DNA of 64,000 bases, taken from a bacterium (GTDB lineage Bacteria > UBA8248). Below the pieces are notes generated by a model, which saw only the letters and a list, made by a program, of their open reading frames with translations, ran no database searches and was not told the origin of the DNA. Shown here piece by piece: positions 17,574 through 27,566 of this stretch; position 1 is the stretch's first letter; each line of letters opens with the position of its first letter. The translations under genes and the position numbers were made by a program. Where the stretch lies: the NCBI GenBank assembly GCA_965204535.1, contig CBDBEV010000001.1, positions 544,001 through 608,000 on the forward strand, read 5' to 3'.

Positions 17574-20279
17574 CTACTGCTCCAGGTACGTCCCGAAGCC
17601 GCCGATCAGGCTGTGGGTCACGTCGTCGGCCGTGTCGTCCGCCGTCCCCATGTCGAGGGTCCCGCTCACCCCGAAGGTGCCGATCACCGCGGTCGGGTAC
17701 TTCTTGGCAGCGTCGGCGTTCTCCGCCATCGCCTCGGAGAACCGGCCATGCCAGAACCCGTTCATCGGGTACTCCGCAGAGCTGTCGGTGGGGTCTACCG
17801 TCGGCGTGCCCATCCGGGTGTCGTAATACGTGAAACTCCGGCTGGTTGCGGAGTTCACCGCACCGTACGACAGGATGACCTCGCTCAGCTCCCCCGTCAG
17901 CCTTTCGCCGCCGGAGACGATCTCGTAGATCCTGCCCTCGACGGTGCCCAGTTCGGTAGCCGTGCCGAACTTCGCCGTCAGCTCCGCCTTGGCGTCGAAC
18001 GGCTGGACCGCCTCCTTCGCCCCGGTCATCCCGTGAAGCCCCGCGGCCGAACCCCGGTACGTCGCATTGCCGGTCAGAGCCGTTATGACACCATCGGCAA
18101 TCGTCGAACCGAAGGCGTTGCCGGACGCGAATGCGCCGAGGCGTTCGTCTTGGTTGTTCGCGGTGGAGCCGCCCAGATCCAACCAGTACCCGAAGACCAT
18201 GTAGTCGGGATCGCCCGCCTCCGGCACCGCAGCCGCAGAGCCGGTGACACGCCAGCCGCTGCCGAGCGACGTGATCGTCGCGGTTGCCGCCGCCCCGGTG
18301 CTCGTGTACGAGCAGTCGGCCGGCGCCGTGCAAGCGAAGGTGACGCCGGTGCCGCTGTAGGTGACCCCGTCCTTGGTGAATTTGCTCCCCGCGAGGGTCG
18401 TGATGGTGCCCGCGGTGCTGAGGTCGAACGTCCCCGACACCGTCCCCGAGGAAGCCTGAACGCCGCTGATGTTGCCCGCCTTCACCGCCGCCTTGCGCTT
18501 GGACGGATCGTAGTCGGTGTAGATGTGGACGGCCCGCGTGCCCTGGGTCAGCTCGACGCCGGTGAAGCGGCCGAGCGTCGGCAGGTCCCGCTGCGTCGCC
18601 TGTGCCGTCGTGACCGCCGGGTCCGGCGTCCTCAGGTGCTCGGCAGCGTACTTGCCGAAGCGGTACACGCGGTCCTTGCCGATCTTGTGCTCGATCCGGG
18701 CTCCATAGGCGTTGTTGCCGATCTGGTCGTTGTCGTTGGTGTTGTACTGCCAGAGGCCGTCAACCGAGTTGTCCCGAGTGCCCGTGCCGTCGGTATTCGG
18801 GGTAAGGGCCTTGGCCGCGCCGACGGTGACGTGGGTATCACGTTCCTCGTCACCGGCGTCCTCGATCAGGTTACGCACCAATGTGATGCGCGCCTTCTTC
18901 TCGGCGTCGGCCAGGCCCTGTCCGCTCGCGACCTTGAACAGTTCGAGCGCGTACATCGTGGACGCGGCGACCGCTGCCGTCGCCGCCGCCTTCGCTTCCA
19001 TGTACCTGGCATTCGCGCCGTCATCGCCGGTGTCCTTGGCCATGGCGGTGCGCTGCTGCATCTGCGCCTTGTCACGCTCCGCACGCGCAGTCTCGGCCGT
19101 CACGTCGTCGGCCTTCGAGGCCATGTACGCGGCCTCCGCGGCCCTCGCGGCAGTCTCGGCCGCCGCCGCCGCCGCTTCGGCAGCCGTCGCCGCCGCCTCC
19201 GCTTCCGTGGCCTTCTTGTCGGCCCCGGCGTAGTCCGTCCGCGCCATCTTGGCCTTGTTCGCGGCTTCACGCGCCTTCGTTGCCTCCGCCTGGGCCATAT
19301 CCGCCTTGGCGCGCGCCGAGTCGGCGTGCTCCATGGCGGCGTCCTTGGCCACCTTCGCCGCTTCCTGCGCCTGCTCGATGCGCAGCCGGTTGAGACCGGC
19401 AACCGTCACGCCGGCCTGACGGGCCAGTTCCTCCGCGTCCGCGAGCTTCATCTCCGCCTCGGCCTTCTTGCCCTCGGCGGCCTCCTTCTCGGCCTCCGCG
19501 TCGGCCGACGTCGTGTCCTCCTGCGCATTCTCGGAAGCCGTCTCGGCAGCCATCGCCGCCGCCTCGGCAGCCGTCGCCGCCTCGTCGGCGTCCATGTACG
19601 CCTCCGAATCGGCGCCCAGCATCTCCTTGACCTTGTTCGCCGCCGTGCGCGCCTTCGTCGCCGCCGTGCGCGCAGCCATCGCCGCTGTCGATGCCGCGGT
19701 CTTGGCCTCGGCCAGCTTCCCGGCCTCCTCGGCCGCGGCCGTCACATGACCGGCGAACGTCATGACGGCCGTGTTCGCGGCCATCGCCTTCGCCTTCTCG
19801 GCTTCGGCCTCCGCCTTCTTGGTTTCGGCGATGGCCTGCTGCCGCTTGGCCTCGGCAACGCCCGCTTCCGTCGCCTCCGCCGCCGCCGCGGCGTCGGACG
19901 CCGCCTTGGCCGCCTCGTAGGCCGCCTTGGCCGCCTCGTAGGCCGCCTTGGCGTCAGCCAGGCGATCCATCGCACGCGTGTAGTTGGGAACGTCGTTGTC
20001 CCGCTTGTCCTCAAGGTCGTCGAACGCGCTCTGCGCCGCATCGCGCTCTGCCATCGCCGCATCGCGCGCAGTCATCGCCGCCGCGGCCGCCGCGGCCGCC
20101 GCTTGCCGGGCCGCGCTCAACTGCTCCGCCAGGGTCGGGTCCGGGTCAACGACCGGCGGATCCGGGTCCGGCGCAGCAGCACCACCGCCGCCACCGCCGC
20201 AGCCCGCCAGCGTCAGCGCGAAGACCGCCGCCAGCGCGAAAGCGTAAAACTTGTTAATATACTTGTCTTTGAACATCAT
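17574..20279 (-). CDS. Surface lipoprotein: Ala-rich coiled-coil stalk plus TbpB-like C-terminal beta-barrel, copy A
   Basis: Lipobox LAGC followed by poly-Gly; ~400-aa Ala/Glu/Lys helical region; YMVFGYWL, ATYRGSAAG, AELTAKFG, GGFG motifs. Confidence 0.8.
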   Translation of the reverse strand: MMFKDKYINKFYAFALAAVFALTLAGCGGGGGGAAAPDPDPPVVDPDPTLAEQLSAARQAAAAAAAAAMTARDAAMAERDAAQSAFDDLEDKRDNDVPNYTRAMDRLADAKAAYEAAKAAYEAAKAASDAAAAAEATEAGVAEAKRQQAIAETKKAEAEAEKAKAMAANTAVMTFAGHVTAAAEEAGKLAEAKTAASTAAMAARTAATKARTAANKVKEMLGADSEAYMDADEAATAAEAAAMAAETASENAQEDTTSADAEAEKEAAEGKKAEAEMKLADAEELARQAGVTVAGLNRLRIEQAQEAAKVAKDAAMEHADSARAKADMAQAEATKAREAANKAKMARTDYAGADKKATEAEAAATAAEAAAAAAETAARAAEAAYMASKADDVTAETARAERDKAQMQQRTAMAKDTGDDGANARYMEAKAAATAAVAASTMYALELFKVASGQGLADAEKKARITLVRNLIEDAGDEERDTHVTVGAAKALTPNTDGTGTRDNSVDGLWQYNTNDNDQIGNNAYGARIEHKIGKDRVYRFGKYAAEHLRTPDPAVTTAQATQRDLPTLGRFTGVELTQGTRAVHIYTDYDPSKRKAAVKAGNISGVQASSGTVSGTFDLSTAGTITTLAGSKFTKDGVTYSGTGVTFACTAPADCSYTSTGAAATATITSLGSGWRVTGSAAAVPEAGDPDYMVFGYWLDLGGSTANNQDERLGAFASGNAFGSTIADGVITALTGNATYRGSAAGLHGMTGAKEAVQPFDAKAELTAKFGTATELGTVEGRIYEIVSGGERLTGELSEVILSYGAVNSATSRSFTYYDTRMGTPTVDPTDSSAEYPMNGFWHGRFSEAMAENADAAKKYPTAVIGTFGVSGTLDMGTADDTADDVTHSLIGGFGTYLEQ

Positions 20280-20387
20280 TTAGTGAGTCCTCCTCCTAGC
20301 AATAACCAAGGGACAAAACGACGGGCGGCCCCCGCGAGCCCTTCTTCTCCGCCCCGCCCCCCTCCAGGGGGCGGGGCCGTCTTGCCG

Positions 20388-23093
20388 CTACTGCTCCAGG
20401 TGCGTCCCGAAGGCGCCGATCAGGCTGTGGGTCACGTCGTCGGCCGTGTCGTCCGCCGTCCCCATGTCGAGGGTCCCGCTCACCCCGAAGGTGCCGATCA
20501 CCGCGGTCGGGTACTTCTTGGCAGCGTCGGCGTTCTCCGCCATCGCCTCGGAGAACCGGCCATGCCAGAACCCGTTCATCGGGTACTCCGCAGAGCTGTC
20601 GGTGGGGTCTACCGTCGGCGTGCCCATCCGGGTGTCGTAATACGTGAAACTCCGGCTGGTTGCGGAGTTCACCGCACCGTACGACAGGATGACCTCGCTC
20701 AGCTCCCCCGTCAGCCTTTCGCCGCCGGAGACGATCTCGTAGATCCTGCCCTCGACGGTGCCCAGTTCGGTAGCCGTGCCGAACTTCGCCGTCAGCTCCG
20801 CCTTGGCGTCGAACGGCTGGACCGCCTCCTTCGCCCCGGTCATCCCGTGAAGCCCCGCGGCCGAACCCCGGTACGTCGCATTGCCGGTCAGAGCCGTTAT
20901 GACACCATCGGCAATCGTCGAACCGAAGGCGTTGCCGGACGCGAATGCGCCGAGGCGTTCGTCTTGGTTGTTCGCGGTGGAGCCGCCCAGATCCAACCAG
21001 TACCCGAAGACCATGTAGTCGGGATCGCCCGCCTCCGGCACCGCAGCCGCAGAGCCGGTGACACGCCAGCCGCTGCCGAGCGACGTGATCGTCGCGGTTG
21101 CCGCCGCCCCGGTGCTCGTGTACGAGCAGTCGGCCGGCGCCGTGCAAGCGAAGGTGACGCCGGTGCCGCTGTAGGTGACCCCGTCCTTGGTGAATTTGCT
21201 CCCCGCGAGGGTCGTGATGGTGCCCGCGGTGCTGAGGTCGAACGTCCCCGACACCGTCCCCGAGGAAGCCTGAACGCCGCTGATGTTGCCCGCCTTCACC
21301 GCCGCCTTGCGCTTGGACGGATCGTAGTCGGTGTAGATGTGGACGGCCCGCGTGCCCTGGGTCAGCTCGACGCCGGTGAAGCGGCCGAGCGTCGGCAGGT
21401 CCCGCTGCGTCGCCTGTGCCGTCGTGACCGCCGGGTCCGGCGTCCTCAGGTGCTCGGCAGCGTACTTGCCGAAGCGGTACACGCGGTCCTTGCCGATCTT
21501 GTGCTCGATCCGGGCTCCATAGGCGTTGTTGCCGATCTGGTCGTTGTCGTTGGTGTTGTACTGCCAGAGGCCGTCAACCGAGTTGTCCCGAGTGCCCGTG
21601 CCGTCGGTATTCGGGGTAAGGGCCTTGGCCGCGCCGACGGTGACGTGGGTATCACGTTCCTCGTCACCGGCGTCCTCGATCAGGTTACGCACCAATGTGA
21701 TGCGCGCCTTCTTCTCGGCGTCGGCCAGGCCCTGTCCGCTCGCGACCTTGAACAGTTCGAGCGCGTACATCGTGGACGCGGCGACCGCTGCCGTCGCCGC
21801 CGCCTTCGCTTCCATGTACCTGGCATTCGCGCCGTCATCGCCGGTGTCCTTGGCCATGGCGGTGCGCTGCTGCATCTGCGCCTTGTCACGCTCCGCACGC
21901 GCAGTCTCGGCCGTCACGTCGTCGGCCTTCGAGGCCATGTACGCGGCCTCCGCGGCCCTCGCGGCAGTCTCGGCCGCCGCCGCCGCCGCTTCGGCAGCCG
22001 TCGCCGCCGCCTCCGCTTCCGTGGCCTTCTTGTCGGCCCCGGCGTAGTCCGTCCGCGCCATCTTGGCCTTGTTCGCGGCTTCACGCGCCTTCGTTGCCTC
22101 CGCCTGGGCCATATCCGCCTTGGCGCGCGCCGAGTCGGCGTGCTCCATGGCGGCGTCCTTGGCCACCTTCGCCGCTTCCTGCGCCTGCTCGATGCGCAGC
22201 CGGTTGAGACCGGCAACCGTCACGCCGGCCTGACGGGCCAGTTCCTCCGCGTCCGCGAGCTTCATCTCCGCCTCGGCCTTCTTGCCCTCGGCGGCCTCCT
22301 TCTCGGCCTCCGCGTCGGCCGACGTCGTGTCCTCCTGCGCATTCTCGGAAGCCGTCTCGGCAGCCATCGCCGCCGCCTCGGCAGCCGTCGCCGCCTCGTC
22401 GGCGTCCATGTACGCCTCCGAATCGGCGCCCAGCATCTCCTTGACCTTGTTCGCCGCCGTGCGCGCCTTCGTCGCCGCCGTGCGCGCAGCCATCGCCGCT
22501 GTCGATGCCGCGGTCTTGGCCTCGGCCAGCTTCCCGGCCTCCTCGGCCGCGGCCGTCACATGACCGGCGAACGTCATGACGGCCGTGTTCGCGGCCATCG
22601 CCTTCGCCTTCTCGGCTTCGGCCTCCGCCTTCTTGGTTTCGGCGATGGCCTGCTGCCGCTTGGCCTCGGCAACGCCCGCTTCCGTCGCCTCCGCCGCCGC
22701 CGCGGCGTCGGACGCCGCCTTGGCCGCCTCGTAGGCCGCCTTGGCCGCCTCGTAGGCCGCCTTGGCGTCAGCCAGGCGATCCATCGCACGCGTGTAGTTG
22801 GGAACGTCGTTGTCCCGCTTGTCCTCAAGGTCGTCGAACGCGCTCTGCGCCGCATCGCGCTCTGCCATCGCCGCATCGCGCGCAGTCATCGCCGCCGCGG
22901 CCGCCGCGGCCGCCGCTTGCCGGGCCGCGCTCAACTGCTCCGCCAGGGTCGGGTCCGGGTCAACGACCGGCGGATCCGGGTCCGGCGCAGCAGCACCACC
23001 GCCGCCACCGCCGCAGCCCGCCAGCGTCAGCGCGAAGACCGCCGCCAGCGCGAAAGCGTAAAACTTGTTAATATACTTGTCTTTGAACATCAT
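20388..23093 (-). CDS. Surface lipoprotein, copy B (tandem duplicate, offset 2814 bp)
   Basis: Same 901-aa sequence as copy A except the C-terminal AFGTH vs GFGTY. Confidence 0.8.
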   Translation of the reverse strand: MMFKDKYINKFYAFALAAVFALTLAGCGGGGGGAAAPDPDPPVVDPDPTLAEQLSAARQAAAAAAAAAMTARDAAMAERDAAQSAFDDLEDKRDNDVPNYTRAMDRLADAKAAYEAAKAAYEAAKAASDAAAAAEATEAGVAEAKRQQAIAETKKAEAEAEKAKAMAANTAVMTFAGHVTAAAEEAGKLAEAKTAASTAAMAARTAATKARTAANKVKEMLGADSEAYMDADEAATAAEAAAMAAETASENAQEDTTSADAEAEKEAAEGKKAEAEMKLADAEELARQAGVTVAGLNRLRIEQAQEAAKVAKDAAMEHADSARAKADMAQAEATKAREAANKAKMARTDYAGADKKATEAEAAATAAEAAAAAAETAARAAEAAYMASKADDVTAETARAERDKAQMQQRTAMAKDTGDDGANARYMEAKAAATAAVAASTMYALELFKVASGQGLADAEKKARITLVRNLIEDAGDEERDTHVTVGAAKALTPNTDGTGTRDNSVDGLWQYNTNDNDQIGNNAYGARIEHKIGKDRVYRFGKYAAEHLRTPDPAVTTAQATQRDLPTLGRFTGVELTQGTRAVHIYTDYDPSKRKAAVKAGNISGVQASSGTVSGTFDLSTAGTITTLAGSKFTKDGVTYSGTGVTFACTAPADCSYTSTGAAATATITSLGSGWRVTGSAAAVPEAGDPDYMVFGYWLDLGGSTANNQDERLGAFASGNAFGSTIADGVITALTGNATYRGSAAGLHGMTGAKEAVQPFDAKAELTAKFGTATELGTVEGRIYEIVSGGERLTGELSEVILSYGAVNSATSRSFTYYDTRMGTPTVDPTDSSAEYPMNGFWHGRFSEAMAENADAAKKYPTAVIGTFGVSGTLDMGTADDTADDVTHSLIGAFGTHLEQ

Positions 23094-23517
23094 TTAGCGA
23101 GTCCTCCTGAATACACAGTAGAAAAAAGGATTTTCAGTGAATTTCCGCCTTTCTCCGATTAACCTCCTTTCGTCAGCTTTCATTTCGGGCCTTCACAAAC
23201 TGGTGATTCGTATTTTCGGCCGCCTGAAACGCGGCGGACTTGAACCCTTTCATGGTCCGGGCCGGCAGTTCCGCGAGACACATGTTCCTGCGGCATGCGC
23301 CCGCCTTTCACTGCCTCCAAAGGCGATCCGACTCCCACCCGGCCTTGCCCGCCGTTAATCACTATTATCAGACAGTACAATACCTCTCAAGGCCATGTCA
23401 AGCGCAATTCCGGGGTCCCCGGAGGGGTTTCGGGCGCCGTTTTGCGCCTTTTTTCGCTCATTTGCGGCCCATATGCGCCCCGAAACGCCTCTCCCGGCGG
23501 AAAGCGGGGCTTATGAA

Positions 23518-23541
23518 ATCCGATAATAGTGATTATCGGAT
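23518..23541. promoter_or_regulatory. Perfect palindrome upstream of the tyrosine recombinase; likely recombinase binding/crossover site
   Basis: ATCCGATAAT-agtg-ATTATCGGAT, ending ~76 bp before the recombinase start. Confidence 0.6.
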
Positions 23542-23617
23542 GTTAATCATCGTAAAGATGTGGTAAAAAAACCGATTCGGGCGGGCGATTCCTGGTCGTC
23601 CGCCTTATATATGTTGC

Positions 23618-24652
23618 ATGGAATCGGGACGGCAACTCCACGAACGTGAATCGCCGCCGGAACTTCAGGGCGCCGGCCGAACGACAGATCACGGAGAACC
23701 ATGGGCGAAACCCGCGGCGCCGGGGAGACGCTCCCCCCTGGAAAAACCCGACGAGAGTCACTCACCGCACCCCGGTTCGTTCCGGGCGTCGGCTGATCTG
23801 GTGCGCGCCTCGATCGCCGGGAACACGCGCCGCGCCTACGAGGCGGCGCTGCGCGGCTTCGAGGAATCGGGGCGCCCCGAGACCGACGCCGGGGTGGCGG
23901 CCTACCTCACGGGGCTCTACGGGAAGGGCCGCTCGGCGGCCTGCGCCTCGATGGCGGTCGCGGCGCTGCGGTTCCGGGCGAGGCTGGGCGGCCGCTCCTC
24001 CCCGGTGGGTCCTTCGGCGCTGCGCGCCCTGGCGGGCTTCAGGCGTCTGGGCTCGGAGCGGGGCCGGGGCCCGGTGGCCGGGGTGCGCTGGGAGGAGGCG
24101 GACCTCGCGGCGGCGCTGGCCGAGGGGACGGGGACCCTGGGCGGGCTGCGCGACGCCGCGGTCGTGGCGGTGGCGAGCGACGCCCTGCTGCGGGTGTCGG
24201 AGGTCGCGGCGCTCGACGTCGCGGACGTGGACCTCGGGGAGCAGACGGTGCGGATACGGCGCTCCAAGACGGACCAGGAGGGTGTGGGCGTCGTGCAGTA
24301 CCTCGGAGAACCGACCGTGGCGCGCGTAGAGGCCTGGCTTCTGGGCGCAGGCCTGACGAAGGGGCCGCTCTTCCGGGGCGTGTACAAGGGGGGACGGCTT
24401 CGGCCCGGGCGCCTGACGGACAGGAGCATCCGGAGCATCATCGCGCGGTGGGGGAAGGCCGCGGGCGCCGAGGGGCGCGTGAGCGGCCACAGCCTCCGGG
24501 TGGGGGGCGCGCAGAGCCTGGCCTCGGCGGGGGCGTCGCTGGTCGAGATGCAGCTCGCCGGGCGCTGGCAGTCGCCGGCCATGCCGGGACGCTACGCGCA
24601 GGGACAACTCGCGAAACAGGGCGCCGTGGCGAGGCTGCGATACGGCCTGTGA
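23618..24652 (+). CDS. Cre-like tyrosine recombinase/integrase
   Basis: RDAA...LLRVSE (R), RRSKTDQ (K), SGHSLRVG (HxxR), GRW, RY catalytic Tyr; N-terminal NTRRAY region. Confidence 0.9.
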   Translation: MESGRQLHERESPPELQGAGRTTDHGEPWAKPAAPGRRSPLEKPDESHSPHPGSFRASADLVRASIAGNTRRAYEAALRGFEESGRPETDAGVAAYLTGLYGKGRSAACASMAVAALRFRARLGGRSSPVGPSALRALAGFRRLGSERGRGPVAGVRWEEADLAAALAEGTGTLGGLRDAAVVAVASDALLRVSEVAALDVADVDLGEQTVRIRRSKTDQEGVGVVQYLGEPTVARVEAWLLGAGLTKGPLFRGVYKGGRLRPGRLTDRSIRSIIARWGKAAGAEGRVSGHSLRVGGAQSLASAGASLVEMQLAGRWQSPAMPGRYAQGQLAKQGAVARLRYGL

Positions 24653-24695
24653 GGTCCGCCGCGTGCGGGACGCCCGTCTACTCCCGGATATCTCT

Positions 24696-25397
24696 CTACC
24701 GCCTCTTCTTTCTCCGGGCGGCTCTCTCCCCGGACGTGGAAGTCCACCTGCGGGCGGAGGCCCACTTCTCGAGATCTTCGAGCAGGTAGCGCACCCGGTA
24801 TCCGGTGCGAAGAAAATCCGGCCCCTCTCCACTCACGCGGTAGCGCTCCAGCGTCTTGGGCGAGAGGTTGAGCCAGGCGGCCGCCTCCCGCGTGTTCAGG
24901 TGGTTCTCCCCCGCGCGCTCATCGACGTCTTCTGCGGCGTCCCACGTCCCGTCGAACGGGTCGGGCAAGTGCGCGAGCCTCTCGCGTATGGCGCGGACCT
25001 CCTCTCGCGTCGCGTTGGCCGCCATCCAGGCGCGCACCCGGTCGAAGGTCTTGAGATACGGCGAGGCGCCCCGGCGCAGCCTCCCCACGAAGGAGGGGTT
25101 CCCCACGGCCTCCTCGCCCAGGATCGAGACCTTGGTCCCGCTCACCGCGAGGAACGCCTCGACCTCGGCCCGCAGGAGCGGTCCCAGGGGCGGATACCCC
25201 ATGAACGCCAGCACCCGGTCCGCCGTGTCGACCCGCAGGGGCCGCCCCCGGGCGTACAGTCCCACGAAGCCGGGAACCCCCAGCGCGCCCACCCCGAAGC
25301 GCCGCGCGCTCATCCCCCGGCGCGCGCGCCAGAGCGCAATGCTCCGGCGCAGCCGCTCGTCCAGCGGGGCGCCGGTATCGTCGTCGAAGGCGGTCAT
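24696..25397 (-). CDS. DNA-binding protein with C-terminal excisionase-like HTH
   Basis: Two internal repeated HTH-like units plus LNTREAAAWLNLSPKTLERYRVSGEGP.F....RVRY. Confidence 0.75.
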   Translation of the reverse strand: MTAFDDDTGAPLDERLRRSIALWRARRGMSARRFGVGALGVPGFVGLYARGRPLRVDTADRVLAFMGYPPLGPLLRAEVEAFLAVSGTKVSILGEEAVGNPSFVGRLRRGASPYLKTFDRVRAWMAANATREEVRAIRERLAHLPDPFDGTWDAAEDVDERAGENHLNTREAAAWLNLSPKTLERYRVSGEGPDFLRTGYRVRYLLEDLEKWASARRWTSTSGERAARRKKRR

Positions 25398-25597
25398 GGC
25401 GCGCGAACATAAGGAAAGAACGAGCGCCCGTTCAATCGTTGTCTCTAGCGCGGAAGGTACACCCGGGAAGAGTCCGCGACCGCTCCTGCGAGCGGATCGC
25501 TCACTGGTTCAGCCTGAAATCAAGGGCGTTTCCCGGAAAACGAAGGTCGCCGGAGAACGTGCAGCGAGGCGCTGCGGAAAAAAAGGAACAATGCCGC

Positions 25598-25740
25598 TCA
25601 CACCGCGGCGCCCTGTTTCGCGAGTCGTCGCTGCGAATGGCGCTCCGGCATGACCGGCGATTGGCGGCGCCCGGCGAGTTGCATCTCGACCGGAGAAGCC
25701 CCTGCCGCGGCAAGGCGCTGCGCGCTGCCCGTCCGCCGGA
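25598..25740 (-). pseudogene. Degenerate inverted copy of the recombinase C-terminus
   Basis: AQRLAAAGASPVEMQLAGRRQSPVMPERHSQRRLAKQGAA vs AQSLASAGASLVEMQLAGRWQSPAMPGRYAQGQLAKQGAV; catalytic W and Y are lost. Confidence 0.8.
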
Positions 25741-26168
25741 TGTGTCCGCCGCCCCGACCTTCCACGCCCGCGTCCGTTCGCACATTCCCGGTCGGTTTTC
25801 AACGCTTTCCGCAGCAAGTCATCCCACTCTCCATTCTTTTCCTTCCCTCCCTCGCGGGGAAACCTGAATTTATTTTCCGCATCACTGCGCAGCGTGTCGC
25901 GCACGCGGGCGCAAACCCGGCGGGAACGTCACCGGGACGCTAAAGTTGATGATTGCAGTGCGATTATTTTTGCTTTATGTTCGCTCGCCATGAAAATTCC
26001 CGAGCGCCGGACACACGGCTTTGGAGGGGCGATTGGGATGCGGCGTCGCCGTCTTCCGCGGCTTGCGGCGCCCGGATCCGAAACCACTCGCCGGGACAAG
26101 GCGCCCGGCGCATTCACGAACAGGCCCCGGCTTCCGGGGCCGATCATGAAGAAAAAGGAGAGATGCGC

Positions 26169-26396
26169 ATGAACGAGACTGACAGGAACTACCTGAGCAC
26201 CCGGCAGGCGGCGGAGTGGCTGGGCCTCTCGCCGAGGACGCTGGACCGCTACCGCGTGACCGGCGAGGGACCCGTCTTCCACCGCTTCGGCTCCCGGGTG
26301 CGCTACCTGCTCGCGGATCTGGAGGCGTGGGCCAAGTCGCGGCGGCGGGCGTCGACGTCGGACGACGGAGTCGCCGCAGGGAGGATGACGCGATGA
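26169..26396 (+). CDS. Excisionase-like HTH DNA-binding protein heading the tra operon
   Basis: YLSTRQAAEWLGLSPRTLDRYRVTGEGP.F..FGSRVRY; AAGGAG RBS (start could be 26163). Confidence 0.8.
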   Translation: MNETDRNYLSTRQAAEWLGLSPRTLDRYRVTGEGPVFHRFGSRVRYLLADLEAWAKSRRRASTSDDGVAAGRMTR

Positions 26397-26689
26397 AGGG
26401 ATTCTTCTGGAGCAGGCACGTCCTCGCCGCGCTCCTCTGGGCGCTGTGGGGATCCGGCGCCGCCTGGGCGACGTCGGACACGACGTTCGCGGGTCCGCTC
26501 GGGACGGTGACCGGGATCGTCTCGGGCACGGGCGGACAGCTGGCTGCCGCGCTCGCGGTAGGCGCGGCGCTCGTGGGTTCGGTGCTCCGCTTCAACGCGG
26601 CCCAACTCGCGGGCGCAGTCGGCGTGGGCATCGCGGCGGGCGCCGGGACAGGCGTCGTCACCGGTCTGGTCGGAACGGCGATCGTATGA
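26393..26689 (+). CDS. traA: Conjugative pilin-like protein
   Basis: Signal peptide plus two hydrophobic helices, ~98 aa, directly before traL; ATGA overlap with the upstream gene. Confidence 0.65.
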   Translation: MKGFFWSRHVLAALLWALWGSGAAWATSDTTFAGPLGTVTGIVSGTGGQLAAALAVGAALVGSVLRFNAAQLAGAVGVGIAAGAGTGVVTGLVGTAIV

Positions 26690-26698
26690 GGAGGGCGA

Positions 26699-26992
26699 AT
26701 GAGCGATCAGGCGAAACACGCCATCCCCTCTCGCTTGGACGACCCGGAGCGCTGGCTGTTCTGGACCCTGGACGAGGCGGCGGCGCTGCTGGGACCGGCG
26801 CTCCTGGGACTGGCGGCGAACGCCTTCCTGACGGGGCTCTTGGCCGGTCTCGCGGGCTGGGCATTGCTGCGCCGCGCGAAGCGGGGCGGCGGGGCGGACG
26901 TGGCGATCTGTGCGCTCTACTGGTTCCTGCCCGGCTTCGCGCTCGGGCTCAGGGGCGCGCCGCCGAGCCACCTGCGCCGCTTCATCGGATGA
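26699..26992 (+). CDS. traL: F-type T4SS protein TraL
   Basis: IP.RLDDP.R.LFWTLDE, YWFLP, PPS..R.FIG motifs. Confidence 0.88.
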   Translation: MSDQAKHAIPSRLDDPERWLFWTLDEAAALLGPALLGLAANAFLTGLLAGLAGWALLRRAKRGGGADVAICALYWFLPGFALGLRGAPPSHLRRFIG

Positions 26993-27008
26993 GGAGGCTC
27001 CAGGGGAG

Positions 27009-27566
27009 ATGAAACGCGAACTGATGGAAGCCGAGCGCAGGCGCGTCCGGGACGGGCGCGCGGCGCTGGCGATACTTCTTGGCCTCTCGCTCCTGGCCAA
27101 CCTGGGACTGAGCTTGGGCCTCGCCTCTGTGGAGCGCATGACGGTGCTGGTGCCCGCGGTGGCGGGGCCGGCGTGGGAGGTCGGCGGCGGGCGGACGGGG
27201 ACCCGCTACCTCGAGGACATGGGGCGGACCGTGGCGGTGACGCTGCTGACGCTCACGCCCGAGAACGCGGAACACGCCCGCGAGGCGGCGGCGCGGCTCT
27301 CTCATGCCTCCGCGCGCGGCGCGGTCGGCGCCTGGGTCGCGGCCGAGGCCGGTCGCATGGCGCGGCGCGACCTCTCGACGGCGTTCTACCCCGGGCGGAT
27401 CGAGGCGGACCCCGGGAGGCTGACGGTCGTCGTGGGCGGAGAGCTCGCGACCTGGGTGGGGCGCGAGCCGGTCTCGCGCGAGCGGAAGCGCTACCGGCTC
27501 GTCTTCCGCGTGGACGCGGGCCGGATCGGCCTGCTTCGCTTCGAGGAACTGGAGGAGAATAAATGA
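27009..27566 (+). CDS. traE: F-type T4SS protein TraE
   Basis: N-terminal TM, YLE.M......LTLTPEN, STAFYP; position between traL and traK. Confidence 0.82.
   Translation: MKRELMEAERRRVRDGRAALAILLGLSLLANLGLSLGLASVERMTVLVPAVAGPAWEVGGGRTGTRYLEDMGRTVAVTLLTLTPENAEHAREAAARLSHASARGAVGAWVAAEAGRMARRDLSTAFYPGRIEADPGRLTVVVGGELATWVGREPVSRERKRYRLVFRVDAGRIGLLRFEELEENK

Noticed and set aside
17613-23162. 1849-aa plus-strand ORF (also 6990-10757, 10954-13977, 10956-13796)
   Set aside because: Arg-rich antisense or off-frame shadows of high-GC genes with no recognisable motifs.
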